From positions 10,325,287 through 10,389,286 of the forward strand of contig OZ199839.1 of the NCBI GenBank assembly GCA_964304625.1: a stretch of 64,000 nucleotides of DNA, written 5' to 3'. Numbering within the stretch: position 1 is the stretch's first letter; each line of letters starts with the position of its first letter. This document shows positions 1 through 14,000 of the stretch, piece after piece. Below the pieces are notes generated by a model, which saw nothing but the letters and a program-made list of their open reading frames with translations, ran no database searches and was not told the DNA's origin. A program made the position numbers and the translations under genes. Origin of the DNA: Kudoa neothunni (taxonomy: Eukaryota > Animalia > Cnidaria).

Positions 1-30
1 TTGATATGACCTATTTATATATCAAAATAT

Positions 31-1138
31 TTATTCGTTATCACTGTCCTTCTTATTATATAGGTTTATTTTTTCCATCATTTTAGTTAATTGGTCAGAT
101 GGATTCCAGCACGTGCGACTGACGTCTCTCAATAAACATTTAATATATAGCAGAGCAATTGTTGTTTCATCTTCCGATACGAACCGTTTTCTAACTTGGT
201 TTTTATTCATTAAAAAAAATAATCTACCAGCAGATCCAGGCGTACGAGACAAAGCAAGTAAAGACAGCATTAATTTTGACAGTAGTCGATACTTAAATAT
301 TACTCCTCTTCTTTCATTTTTGAACGCATATCAATATTCCTTCGGATCTTTTCAATGAAATGACCGTTATTTTACAGTCTATGTTATATCTATTCACTGT
401 CCGAGTTTAAATGCTCATCTTCAACAATAATATTTGGAAATCTCATTGAGAGGGGTGTAATGGAATGGGGTTTTACTTCATTGACATTTGCAGGATGGTT
501 GCTTCAAATAACCGTATCGACATAAATTTTGCTATGCTTATAAACCTTTGAAATATCTGTTTCGTCAGTAATAAATGGACATCTATAATTTTGGTTAGAA
601 AGTAAACAATATCTTGAGTACTTATTCTAGTAGTATTTTCATTCCAAACTGTTTCTACTTTTGATTCTCAATAAAATTTATCCGGATGAATATAATTTTA
701 AAGGGAATTTAAAATTTAAACTCCAGGTGTTATTTTTTGATCAGACTTCTCAAAAGATAATTACATGTCATTTTGTAATTTAATTTCGAATTTATTGAAT
801 ATGGGTAAGAAAAAGTTAAATGTACAGTACGTTCTATTAATGAGTTTAAATAAAGGTGAAAATATTTTATGAATAACTTGCTCAAGAGACAGCCATCTTA
901 TGCGGCAGAGATACTATATGATCTGATGCTCGGAGCCGAACAATTATTGTAATCCTTTATATTTATTTTGACGTTTTGAGCTGTTTGAGGGATATGAGCG
1001 GATATTTTACGCCGTCTTCGAACACTTTATCTCATTATGTGGCATGCACTTATAATAATTCTGTCTTACAATTCTTTGATCACAAAACGTACCAATACCT
1101 TTATTTGAGGCGAAAACGTACCAACTCTAGCAACCCTA
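31..1138 (-). mobile_element. Internally deleted, decayed hAT transposon remnant
   Basis: The minus strand begins with a hAT-type terminus TAGGGTTGCTAG at 1138 and two subterminal TTGGTACGTTTT repeats. Broken frames encode SNSSKRQNKYKGLQ*LFG...YLCRIRWLSLEQVI (hAT (T/I)RWLS motif). ORF 31..270 (LSLLALSRTPGSAGRLF...ETTIALLYIK) resembles a degenerate hAT dimerisation domain. Confidence 0.7.
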
Positions 1139-3303
1139 GGTAAACTTTCAAATCGGATAACTGAATCGCATAAAAATTAACGATTATAAATCTAAAATAT
1201 TTGCCCCAAAGCAAAGTTATTTTTTAATTGGTTTATGGAAGAAAAACGCTGTTTTGGTGTTTTAGATTGTGAAAATGGTGTATTCTCGAGAAATTTTTCA
1301 CCCTTCTAAACCGATCCGCGGTCCGCACATCGTCCACCACTGCCTTAAACTAATGTTTTTATATTGTATTCATTATTATAACTTATATATAGTAGAGTTT
1401 TCGGTAAAAATATACAACAAACGTTGAATAATCAAAAATAAAGTATGTAACTAACTAATAATTTTTCCCCACCCAACATACGCATTCATCTAACTCCTTT
1501 TAAATGAAATTTCGGTATCCGAAAGAAAAATGCCAGGTCCCAACATTTTCGGGACAAACGTAGAACTTAAATTATAATTATTTCGCTTTATACTGGCTTT
1601 AAGATAATTTTAAAAATTTCCTAAGAAGTTATATACTTGGAAAACTTACAAAAAGTGAAAAAATAATATTAATTTTAAGATAAGAACGTGCATAATGGAG
1701 ATTGCATGTGGTTTCGATTTCGCACGAAGCTGATTTTTTGAGGAAATTTTAAGCTTATTCCTGAATTTTACTACGTAGATGAATGGATATAATTAAGATA
1801 GAAAACAGTGAGGCCATAGACCACCAACGAATGCAATAGTTGTGGAAATAAAAGCTTCATCGTTATCGCGAATAACATCCAACCCGAAATTCTTTTGGTT
1901 ACCGATTATTACCACAAGGTATGGGTTTAAAGTGAATTTTAATCCAAAAAACATATTAGGTTTGCAATATTCATTAGGCCTGTCAATACAATATCGGGTA
2001 ATGGTAAAGTATGCGGCACTTAAAAAAAGTTCTTTTGCGCTCGACTTTTCACGATTCTTGATAATAAAATAAAAGAATACGGAGAGAAAAAATTAGGCTC
2101 AAAATAATAACTTAAAATTTTGAGAATTTTTCATCAGATTGCGGTCGGATGTCGGATACACATGTTATCTCCATCTTTTTCAACAAACATTGAATTGAGC
2201 TCTAATTTGTTTTAATAATCATCCATAAACTGGTTCTACTTCATTTTTATACCATGTAAACACAAATTTTACATTATCAAATTTAGTTATACAAGTTTAA
2301 GCATGAATAGTTTAAAAGCGAAAAGACAACCACGTGCTCACTAAATATATTTTCTTAATAATTAATCAACATTATAATTTAGATCAGCGTTTAATTTCAA
2401 CAGGGAAATAACTTAAGATAGATTATAATAAGTCATCACTGTAGGTTGAATTATTACATGTGTGTTTAGTATAGCATTCGATAAACTTAAAAATGTAGTT
2501 ATAAAAAAACTTACAAAACAGTAAAAAATATAGTTTCAAATTTTTTGTTCAATGTTTTTACACATACGTTAAGATAAAAAAAATGAATATAATCATTTTT
2601 AAAAATTAAGTCCCTGAATTGTACTAATAAAAACTGAATAATTCCTAAATTTCTAACATAAAATTTAATAAAAAAATTATAAACTAAAAAAAAACTTACT
2701 ACATCACTATCTATATTCAAAGGTTCACAAAAGTATTTTATTAAAATGAAAGATGAGGTGTTTTTGTGAAATTTGCGAAAAGTTTATTTTTAAAGTTAGT
2801 TTATATAAAATTGTTTATATATCAATAGTAAAAAATTTAAATTGTAATAATAAGTAATTTTTGAATTAATAACTAAGAAAGAAACAAAATAATTCAATGT
2901 TTGTGTAAAATACATACAGACATATGTTCGGATATAGTACGAACCTATATAAGAACTACCTGTTTAACATAGGTTTTAAAAGCAAAATTTATAATTAACC
3001 TATAAATCTTTATTCTAAATATCGCATTGATTTATATGCTACATTGTATATGTCGTACGGTGATGGGTGCAAATTTTATCTGGAAATATGGTTAAATAAT
3101 TCTTCCAGTTTCCGGATAATCGGACATTTATCGACACATAATATCAATAAAATCCAAGTAAAATTTTAAATCTCTTCCGGATAATTAATAAAGGTTCCAC
3201 TGTCCAAAAATTATTAATTATATTATAAGTGAAATTTAAAAAAAAAGGAATGAGAAACAACCAAATAAAAATATAATATATCAGTACAATATAACAATAA
3301 TTA

Positions 3304-5168
3304 TTAATCATGTTTATATCCAGAGAATATATCCGCATCATTATCCAACGAATTAATTTTGAATTCGTTAGCAACCTTTCAATGTATTACAAAATAACAT
3401 TTCAACAAGGAATTACTTGTTGAAAGACAGTTACTAATTCCGTGGCAAACTCAGGATTAGCAGCAGCATTGAAGAAGTAATTACCAAAAAAGGGTTCTTT
3501 AATATTGCCTAAAATTGTTTTATTGTTGGGAATTGGACCGAGTTTTTGTATTCCCATGGATTTTATATCGATAAAAGAGTTCATCCAGCTTAAACAAAAA
3601 ATTAATGAACGATTAATAATCAAATAAAATTACTCAATTTTTGAATAACAATCGAGAAACCCGATAAACAAATCAGAAATATTTTTATCTTTATGCTCAC
3701 TAAATCCAAAATAATAAGAGACTAACAGATCAAGATTTTATACATTGTGTAAGAAGGAAAACAGTCAGTTGTGAAATGGAGAATATTTTTCACGTTGCAT
3801 TCGTTAGGAAATTCGTTGATAATATTTGGTAGAATCTGTATTTGATTCAAATAGAAGACTACCAACAACAGTAAAGCTTCATCAGAAAAAAGTTGTTGAT
3901 ATTTTGAGAGTCTGGGATAGGTTTTCACCCATAATTTGGTAAATGTGAGCAACAGTCGAACCCTACTGTCGAGGAACATATTCAATTCTGCCCAATGTGT
4001 TAATAGAAATCTTTGCTGAGATCCAACATATAGAATAACGTTTAAATTGTGATAATTTTGATTGTAGATAGTAAATATTTGAGGGTTTTTGTTGTGTTGA
4101 GTGAAAGTGTAGCCGTTTGACCTGAACAGTTGTTTCAGATGGTCGATTTCGGTAATTATTTGTGATTTCGTTACTGAATCCATCTATGCAAATGTGGGAA
4201 TTACAAAAAAGTCACCTTTGCATAATTAAACACTTTTTTTATATTTTGCATAGAAGTGAGTGTACACACCTCCCCACTTAGATCAAAACCAGAAGCACAA
4301 CCACCAGTGGCGTATAGTTTTCCATCTATTATCAAATGGAATACATCAATCACTTAAAGATGGCACTGAAACAATAACAACCTGGATATATTTCTTTGTA
4401 TTGATTTTCGAGTTTGCGAATGAATTGTGAGAACATTGCCCGTTCAAACGAAGATTTTTTTCTTCTGTTAATAATTTCGAGTATAAAAAGGGATCTTTTA
4501 TCATTTAGACCGAGTAAAGGAAGTTCTTGATCCTTTTGATCGGTGCAACTGCTGAAGTGAACGGACTCTACCACATCTTTCTTCCAAATTTTCATTTTCT
4601 CGCTAACAACATCGGTGGCATTTTTCGATGTGGTTTTTTGAAGAAGACCACACTGCTCATCAGCAGTTTCAGTAGTTTTTCCAACTGTTGGAGTGATAAC
4701 TACGGTCTCTGGAACACAGTCTTTTCTTCGTGAATATTTTGGAGTTGATCTTGGCTTTATGTCAAGTGGAGATAGATGGGATGAAACATTCCGTGCTTTT
4801 TCTCTTTTTTGAATTTCATCTATTAGTTGATAAGATTGAATAACATCATTGGAAGTCTCAAATGACTGTCTTGTTGTTGAAGTTGGTTGGTTCATGGTCT
4901 CTTAATCGATTTATCGCAAAAAAAACAATTAAATTAAATTACGCTTCGAGTATGAAGGACTTTCAACAAATTCGTCCTTGAAACACAAAATAATTATCGA
5001 AAATAAGAATTAATTTACATTTTTAAGTCCTGTCTTTTTTAAAATAGTCTCCCAAATTGAATAGTGTTTGGAAGAAAGATTAAGAAGCCGTTTTTGTGTT
5101 AGGTTAAAAGAACGATTTAGGAAAACATGGAAATTAAGGGGAGAAGATTGGTAAGTCTTAAACCACAT
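3304..5168 (-). CDS. Cid1/TUTase/mitochondrial poly(A) polymerase-family nucleotidyltransferase-fold protein, multi-exon, probably catalytically inactive
   Basis: Spliced model from ATG 5168 (MWFKTYQSSPLNFHVFLNRSFNLTQKRLLNLSSKH, acid-free and presequence-like) through short GT-AG introns to TAA 3304. Contains LDSRVRLLLTFTKLW...FSDEALLLLVVFYLNQ..ILP (family D.RVR.L...IK.W / SSY.L.LMVIF.LQ..LP pattern). The PAP-associated region NISDLFIGFLDCY...IKEPF..NAA is also present. Confidence 0.75.
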
Positions 5169-5877
5169 TTAAATTTTTCCACGTTCACGCTCGTTAAAAC
5201 TCGAGATGGTCGACCCGACACACTAACATAAACTACGTGCGGTTTCTATCTGCATTTTAACTTATATTAGAACGGTAGTGGAATTATTCCAACACATTAT
5301 TTCCGATCTATGAATTTTAATTCCATAGTTTTATTTTTACGAATGTTCGGTCATTGTGACCTCAATATAAGCTTAACAAATTATAAATGAATTATTTAAT
5401 TTTCTGAATGAACTAAGTTCTGGAAATAAATATTTGAAATTCAGTCAACATGTGAATTTTTGTGAAAAATATCACATTTAAGTCACATTTTGATAGAATT
5501 AGTATTTTATCATTTTTTCTAAATTTCGGCTGGCACTGCCAGGACCATGCAAAGTCATTCGTGACCCCATTTTTTGTGAATGTTTGTTTTTACCTACTTA
5601 AACTTTTCATTTTAAATAATCTTAGATTAACGTGTATTGCTTAGAAATACAAAATTCAGATAAATTATAGTGTTCTACGGTTCAAACATTTTGTTTAATG
5701 TTACGTAGCATTGATATATGTTATTTAAAAACTATTTGCTACTGTTGAATCTTTGAATCAAGTGTATTTAATTTGTAAGATAAGAAAAATGATCATTCCA
5801 ATGTATATTTTCACGACCAAACTGAGGAATATTGTAATTTGAAACTATTCTTGTTATGTGTTATAAACTGTTATAAA

Positions 5878-6429
5878 CAGGCTGCCGGGGTTTGAGTTTT
5901 TCCCTAAGATCTTGGGGTTTTTGAGGTCACCTTGGGTTCTTGATTTTTTTTCATTTTTCTTTAAAATCTTGGGTTTTTATTGAAAACCTATAAACATTGA
6001 ATAATAACACAAATTTTATTGTGTGCGACATTAATATTTATATTTTTAATAACGTACCCTACTCAGATTATTTTGTGCAGGGTTTCAACATTTACGATAT
6101 TGAACGACAGCACAATTGTTCAGTTTAAATTGTCACATATTATTAGAAAATTTAACGTTATTTCAAAATATATGCTGAACTATGAATGAATGAATGAATG
6201 AATTAATTAATTAATTAATTCATTGTGAGCATATTGATCTATACTAGACATTAAGTTAGAATGAGTGCTCGCGCCAATAAATTGCAATAATACGACGATA
6301 CATTTAAATTTAATATCTTTAGACGTATTTGAAGACTCGGAAGATGATTAAAAATTTTAATAGATATGATTATATTTTTTTGTTGTACAATTGACTAGGG
6401 TTTTTTCTAAAATCCCGCCGGCCGCCCTA
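5878..6429. mobile_element. Putative non-autonomous hAT-type MITE
   Basis: Imperfect inverted termini CAGGCTGCCGGGG (5878) and CCGGCCGCCCTA (6429), with repeated GGG(G)TTTTT subterminal motifs. No coding capacity and no clean TSD. Confidence 0.35.
6183..6220. repeat. Compound microsatellite (TGAA)n(TTAA)n
   Basis: Read directly: tgaatgaatgaatgaatgaattaattaattaattaatt. Confidence 0.85.
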
Positions 6430-8266
6430 ATGCAAATAGACACTAACGAATAATACCATGAACTCATTTAATCGGATTATTAAGATTAACTATTCTAATG
6501 CTTATCGTTTTTCTCCAAGATCCATTGATAGAATTTATTTTAATTTTCACATTCAAATTTTAAAAAATAACCATACAAAAAACTGGGGTTATTTTCATTC
6601 TACATTTTTCTTAATGGTATATCATTTATTTGATAGAAAACCAAATATTTCATTAGTTATTTAAATGAAAATTCTAGATTTTACGAGAGAATTAAAATCG
6701 ATAGGATGTGTAACACACTTCAAGTTCGTTAAGGTGTGAAATGACATTTAAAAAATAAGATTATAATTTCAATGTTTATTTATTCCAAAAATTTTGCATT
6801 ATAAGATTCCTTTATTTCATTAAAGTGAAAATTGAGTTTTTAAATTAAATAATATATTTATTAAGTAATTAATAAAAAAATAATCATAGTGATGCAATAT
6901 AAACCATTAGGAATGAGAGAGTTCATAGGAACAGATACGAACAAAATTTATTCTTAAAATTAAATAGAATTTTTGATAATCAATTTTTTATTATATTTTC
7001 AAACAGTTGGTTGACTCAAAAAGTAATTGTTAAAAACTAAAATAATCGCGCGCAGCATTTTCGTATTCGATACTTTTTGAACACATCTTAACAAAATCAA
7101 CTTTGTGATGCGATTCAAGAAACTTTCTTCAACAGTTGTTTATCATCTGATTTGTATTTAAAGTGAAATTTTTTATTGGCTACTTTTGGGAATTTTCATA
7201 TGCCGACATCACGCGCATGTGAGAACGCAAATAATAATGTTTTTATTATTAAATCGCGTTAATTCAATAAAATTAAAACTATTTCTAACGAAAAATTTAA
7301 AAGTAAATAATATCTAAAAAAAACTAATAGATTGTAGTTAGATTAAAAAATAACTAATAGAATATTTTCCAGCGTGGGCATTATGGATTTACAGCAATGG
7401 ATAGGTCATACGTAATCCCCTCGAGGGACGGGGGAAATGTTATGTATTACCGGTCTCGGCCGGATAATACGTATTACATACATTATCGCGCAAACTATTA
7501 AAATAATAAATTAACTATAGCTTAATAATAATTACCGAAAAAACAATTATTTTTTAAAAAATACGATTTAATTTTAATAAACATCCGAAATAGGGGACAG
7601 ATATTAATTCCCACATCTGAGTCGTGATGTTTAAAATAGTTGTCGAACACTTCAAAATGAAATGAGACCGCCTTTGAAAGGTTCAACCTTTTATTAATAA
7701 AATCATCTTCCGTATCTGAATCTTTGGGGAAGGACTGTCATTGCGCCATTGTTTACTACCACGAATTATGGTGGATACCACTATAAACCACACCTAACTA
7801 TATATATTTATAGCATGAGCCAGTGTTTATCCTTCATTTTTAAATAAATAACAGCCACATTGATGGTAACTGTATAAACTTATTAATTGTTTAAATTGGG
7901 CAGAGAAAAAAAAGAGAACGCTTAATTTAATCACGCGGCTAATGCATAAGGGTACGTACGATCGATCCTCACGTGACTTTTTATTTTTCGTTTATTCATA
8001 GTGACTGTGCTTAAAAATTATTTAATGCATGTGATTCTAACGTAATATAATTTTTTAAATCATATTAAATACGTGCGAACCTATTAATATGTAAAATAAG
8101 TAATGTACGTACGAGTGGTGCTACATACTACCGGTCCATTATTGTGGATGGTGCGACGACGAGCGCCTACGCAGGGGGTAGTGGCGCATATGTGAAATGT
8201 CGCAGCAGTTTTCTGATTCTCAAAACAAATCACTAAATTCCAACAAAAAATCCACCAAAAACATAC

Positions 8267-10342
8267 ATGCAACTAGTATTTTTGGGACTTGATGGAAATA
8301 ATGTTGAGAAAGTTTCTAACGAAAACATTGATTCCAATTACTCTTATTATGGTCACCAGGCAGAATCTATTAAACTTCCTCAACCAATTACCGGATCAGT
8401 TGGACCAACCAATAAGATCGATGTCTGTGTTGCATCCCATTCAATTCACTCGTCCTAGTGGAGGTAGTGATATTGGTTGTGGCAGTGGCGACACTCAACA
8501 AGTCAAACAGAAAAAGAAAGCCATCAAGAGAAAACAAGTAGACGCCTGTACTCAGAGAAGAATAACGATTCCAAAAATAAAACTAACAACTCATCTGACG
8601 ACAATTTGAATATGTTGTTGTCATTAGATGTTTCGTTGCCTGTGCTGGCAGACGATAAACTTCGAAAACAGTTGAAAAAAGTTATAAAGAAAAAAGCAAA
8701 TGATTTGATCAAAAAAGGAAATCTAGCTGAAGCTTCATCTCTGTTGAAAAAGTTGGACGAAATCGAGATATTTGAAAAAGAAAGCAAAAATAAAACTGCC
8801 GTAAAGGTCACCACGCCTGTCACTGAAACTACCACCAGTATCAGTACCACTACCGTAGCATCGAATTCTTCCAAGAAGCGTCTTCAATATTGGTATGGGT
8901 TTTGTAGCTCGAAAAAACCCGACCCAGTCAATGTACAATGTTTAATATGGCTGTATTAATGTGACGATTATTGTTTATTCTAGCAAAATATGGTTGATAA
9001 TCACAAATCTCGATTTATCCCTTTCAGACTACAATCAGATTCGTATTTAGGAAAATTGGATGTGTCTTATGAGAATTTTGATGTTGATAATTTTGAGTGT
9101 GCTCTTAAATCGAATAATTCTACAAATATCTCTTTTAATATTTGGTCGACGTTGACAAACGATGCCAAGAAATACCGAACATATAATCTAAAAAGTGTAC
9201 TAGCACAACCTCATTACATGGTTCATTTCCAATGGAAACCTTTGACCAGTGAAAATGTGATGAGTTTTAAACTCTTCCAACTATTTGACAATATTCGACC
9301 ACCGTATTTTGGTACATTGTCCAACGAACAAAAAGCTATCACTATACCAACGAACAATCCTTTTTATACTCATAATGTTTGTTTTTTCGTTTGGCCTTGA
9401 ATCATTTCCATAAATTACATTTAGCATATCAACTACAATGTTGACAGTGATGCGGAGTGGTACGAAGAGGAACCTGGTGAGGATCTTAGCAAAGTAAAAA
9501 CTACAGAATTAATGTATTATTCTATCTAATTGGTAAATTATCTAGAGCGATGGTGATGAAGAGTTGGAACACACAGTCGTAGAGGAAGATGATCTTGAAG
9601 GTTTCCTAGTTCCTCATGGCTATTTGTCTGATGACGAGAGAGATTCACGTAAAACAGAAAAAGCCAACGTATGTTGATAACGCATTTTGCGTTGCACTTT
9701 TCTACACTTTGTTTCAATCTAGAAAACGAATCCCAACCAAACAGAGGATCGCCAAAATAATGCTAACAACAACAAAAACAATAGTGAGCCCAAAAGAAAA
9801 GTCGTGTCCGCTTCAAGACCAGTCATTTTCGGTATTACCTACCTTGAAGATGGCACTCAAGCTGCGGAAAATTTCGCTTACTTTATTAAAGCTGAAAATA
9901 TTGGTGGTGCCATTTTGAAATATTCGCCTGCCACACTAAAAAATCTAAAAAATTCTCTTGCACCTCATTCGAATGAAGCAGGATCCATTGCAAAAATGTA
10001 CAAGCCCCAAAATAAATCCACTAATTCTCAATTGCAATCGCAATCGCAAGTATCAAAGAAGAAATTAATCGATCCTTTTGAAAGTATTTGTAGTATATTG
10101 TTGTTTGTTGGAAATTAATTATTGTTGTTGAAGTTGATAAGCATATCTGTGAATTTTTTGTCAAGTTTCATCGAGTGAGAAATTTGAACACGTTTACCAA
10201 CGATTTTCATCAACATTGGACCGATTGCTTTCCCGACGAGCCAAGATTGTCAAAAAAACTTATTCAAGATAGACTTAAGATTCTCACTATCAAATCCAAC
10301 ACTGTGTACACACTTAAAGACCCTCTATTATTCCAACCTTAG
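8267..10342 (+). CDS. CHAF1A: Chromatin assembly factor 1 subunit A (p150/Cac1), multi-exon
   Basis: Diagnostic motifs across exons: KLFQLFDNIRPPYFGT...NPF...INYNVDSDAEWYEEEPGEDLS|SDGDEE...EEDDLEGFLVPHGYLSDDE. A C-terminal winged-helix-like exon (LSKKLIQDRLKIL) ends at TAG 10342. The 5' exon structure is uncertain. Confidence 0.92.
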
Positions 10343-10744
10343 TATAATCCACGCATTTCCAATCAGTGTAGTGATGTGTACTATTTTTTACGTTTTCAAT
10401 ATGCGGTGTTTGTATTATGCTTGCTTCTGCAATCAAATATGTTAAATTTTGATTAAATTCTTCAATAATAATCGCGTGATGTCGATATATTTTTACGCGT
10501 TTTAATGTCTCACGAATCTTCTGTTTCCGGCAATACAATTTATAATGATGTGTGATGGGAACTGCTTTGGAATGTTTGGTTTTGAATAGAATAGGGGATA
10601 CGTAGTTTAAGTTGATGGAGATGTTGATGTATTAGAAATTTTTTCAAACGTCATTTATAATGAGTAAAATTTAAAAAGTCAGAAAATACGTAAATAACAA
10701 TATTTACATATTTTCTCAGTTCTTATAGGTTTATTATTCCATCG

Positions 10745-11010
10745 CTTGAAGGTGAAATGCACTCTGCTATCTTTAATCCGTGCGAAACGATCAATAATTT
10801 TCTTTTTAGTTTCCGGATGGTTGTTTAGGAGATTTTTCTTCATTGAAAATGGCGTAGGTGAATTTGACCGTTAGAGTTCATAGTGTCCCTTAGATAAGTA
10901 AGTTTTCGTTCGCTCAAATGTGGAAAAGCAGAATTCTGCTTCGGATGTAGTCATGGAAACAGTCAAGAGAAATTTCTTTCAGCTTCATAATTTCATTAGG
11001 AAAATCATAT
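10745..11010 (-). mobile_element. hAT transposase C-terminal (dimerisation domain) fragment
   Basis: Frameshifted minus-strand translation LTVSMTTSEAEFCFSTFERTKTYL..DTM...KKIIDRFARIKDSRVHF matches the hAT pattern LT.PMTTAEAER.FS.L.R.KT.LR.TM...VID.FA..K.RR. Confidence 0.75.
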
Positions 11011-14000
11011 AAAATGATAATTAAAATCTGATTACAGATATGTGCTCAGCTAATTTTTACCTAAAAGGATTTTATTTTTATACGAAAATTTCTATGATGA
11101 ATATGTACACTTTGCAACCGCTCATTTTCCACTTAAATATTATTTTATACCAATTTTGTTTATATTCTATTTTAGAATTTAAGTATTATTTTTATTTCTA
11201 ATGTCAGAAAATGTTTGCTTCGATACAAATAAAATGATATTCACGCTACACTTTTGATAAATGCGCGCTGACGAGACAGACTATGATTGACTGCTTCTGG
11301 TATTGACACAGAATGTTTCAACTTGAGTTGAATCAAATTTTACCGCTACTGGTATCTTTATCGGTATAAAGTAATGTAATTATTCAATATTGAATTTTAA
11401 AAGTTTTATAAGTTAGGCTTTGAGCGCGATATGCTAAAAAACAATATTATCGAGTAAACAACAACGAAATATCTTATTTTAAGAATTATATTGTCCATAT
11501 ATTCGAATTTTTCATTTTATTTTGTCTTCTTTTTCGCTTCTTTGGAAGCTCGATATCAGTAACTCTACTTAGTTTCGGCCTCCCTATGGCTTTTATTTTA
11601 GAAGAGAGAGGAAAATCTAAACCAAGATAATATGTGTTAATTGTTAATATTCTACTTTTGATTTTTTCAGGTATTGATTGCTCGGATTGCATTGAATTAC
11701 ATTGAAAAATTGTATCTAATTTTGTTAATTTGAGAAATTACGGAATACGATACGATTTATTTCATCTGTTGTAAATTCTGGTTCATCGGTTAATAAGAGA
11801 AATTACGATTAATGCCATATCGATTAATTTACTCGACAGCCCAATTTTAGAGTCAACGTAACTAACTATGTTTACCGAATCTTTATTGTTTCAATCATAA
11901 TTCACTAAAGTACTCATTGTTTGTGTACTAAATTTCACCTACTTAATTTTATCCCAGTAGCCGGCTTTTTTATCGTTATTTTTAATAATACTATCTATCT
12001 ATTTAAAAGCATCTATACACATGTCGTAGAAGTTACCGCAAAATTCAGCTGACGCAGCTGCTAATTTATTTGTGTATGTTGAATATAATTTGAGTCATTA
12101 AGAGAAACTTTTAATCGAATACTTTGTTTTAATTGTTACGATCGGCTTTTCCGATTTCACGTATTATTTGCAATTGTAAATGTACTTCAAAATTCAGAAA
12201 CATATCGTCGAGTCCATCGAACGAACATTTCGACTACATTAAACGCTCATTTCTGGAAAGTACGTACACATGGGAGGTTGGATGATAGATATTGGGGATA
12301 ATTACGTGTTGATATTTGAATTATATGAATAATCCTTTGAACTTTTAAGTTTTTCCAATTGTGACAAAGTTATATTTGCCACAAACAGAGAAAGAAATTT
12401 ATTATTGCCACTGTATGTTTCATTTAACATTGAATGAGATTTTAAAAGATTTTAAACAATTCTTTTTTCTCTCAATTGTAATGGATTTTAAAATATGAAA
12501 AAACTAGCGCAAAAGCCTCGCTTCGTGAAGGCTTCCTTGCCCAACCAAGTAGGCTAACACCTGACGCAGACTAAAGCCGTTTCGATTTTGAAGTAAATAT
12601 TGATAATGCCCAGTTTTGCCTAGTACAATGTGATGGAAAATATTAACTTTTAATTTTATTATTGAATGGAGAAATTTTATGGAAGGGTCTATCTAATTAG
12701 CACTTTAAATACTTTAAACATTGTAAATTTTATTTTTCTATTTTTATCTATTCATTTTAAAGCTTGTCATTATTTTTGCAATGTGTTAATTTAGATAAAC
12801 TAAATTATGCTCGCACTTTCCATTCAAATATAAATATAACTAGAGGTGTGGAGAGAAATTAATGAGTAATTTTAAGTTTATTTTACAAATTAGTGACAAA
12901 AACTATGATGACCTTAATTTTAAGAGCAATTTAATTAACGATTAAAGTTCAGTTGTTTATGAAACAAAATCATTAAGTAACTTAATAGGACTTTCAGTTA
13001 TTTTCAAAATCTTACGATAAAAATTAATCCTTCTAGTTATAAAATTTATTATTAGTCTACAAACGACAAAAAGAAGAAAATCGTCCTAATATGCGTCAGA
13101 AATATAAATATTAATTGTTACTCCTTTTTTCGCAATTTAATAATGATGCCAGTGATATTTTGAAAAGCTGTGAGTGGTAACTTACGTATTCACTATTCAA
13201 ACATAATTTCCTGATTTTTAAATAAATGTAACTTTTTTTTACAAAAATACCTACTGGTTCAAAAGTATATAAATTTAATTAACAAAATAAGATTAAATCT
13301 AAACTGTAAAGGTGTTTTGTAGTTGAAAAATTACAGCAATGCTCAAACATCAACTGGTTTTCTCGAAGGAGTGCACCTTTTTAAAATAACGTACTGTTTG
13401 AGTGCCCTAAAAAAATTTCTTCGTATTGAACTATTCGTAGATTAACGAAAACTTTGTGAAAATATCGGTTAGATCGAATAGACCAATAATTTCTTATTAA
13501 CTTACATGGCACGTATTGAGAGGGGATTGTATTTTGTGTAAAAGTAATCGTGAATATAAATTCTTAAACTACGTATAGAAAGCGATGTCGCGTATTTTCA
13601 TGCAGCTTTCATATCAAAATGAATTAATGTGAGCCTAAAGAAAACAGTATATTGATTTGAATATTAATCTTATGGTTTTGGGATAGGGAATAATTAGGTA
13701 ACTATGAACTTAAACATTATTTAAAAAATTGTCTCATCAAATATAGAAACTTATCGAATTAGTTATGTCAGCCGATTTGCAAGAAAGTTTAGGAAAACCA
13801 AATAATGAGTAAGTACTTATCGAAAAGACGAATATAGTTTCAATCTCAATCGACATATTTGATAAAAAGAAATATTCACATCTCAGAAATTCCAGTGGAG
13901 TATAATTTTCATTTAAGAAGTTAACATACAGGTATAATTATTTGAAAACTCTACTCATTTCTTACATAGTTTTTAGGATACGTATAGAGACTCAAATTAT

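Noticed and set aside
8524-8874. Hydrophobic 116-aa minus-strand ORF and similar antisense ORFs (17915, 22570, 30464, 35587, 37567, 40837, 61330)
   Set aside because: These are shadows of real genes on the opposite strand, with no independent motifs.
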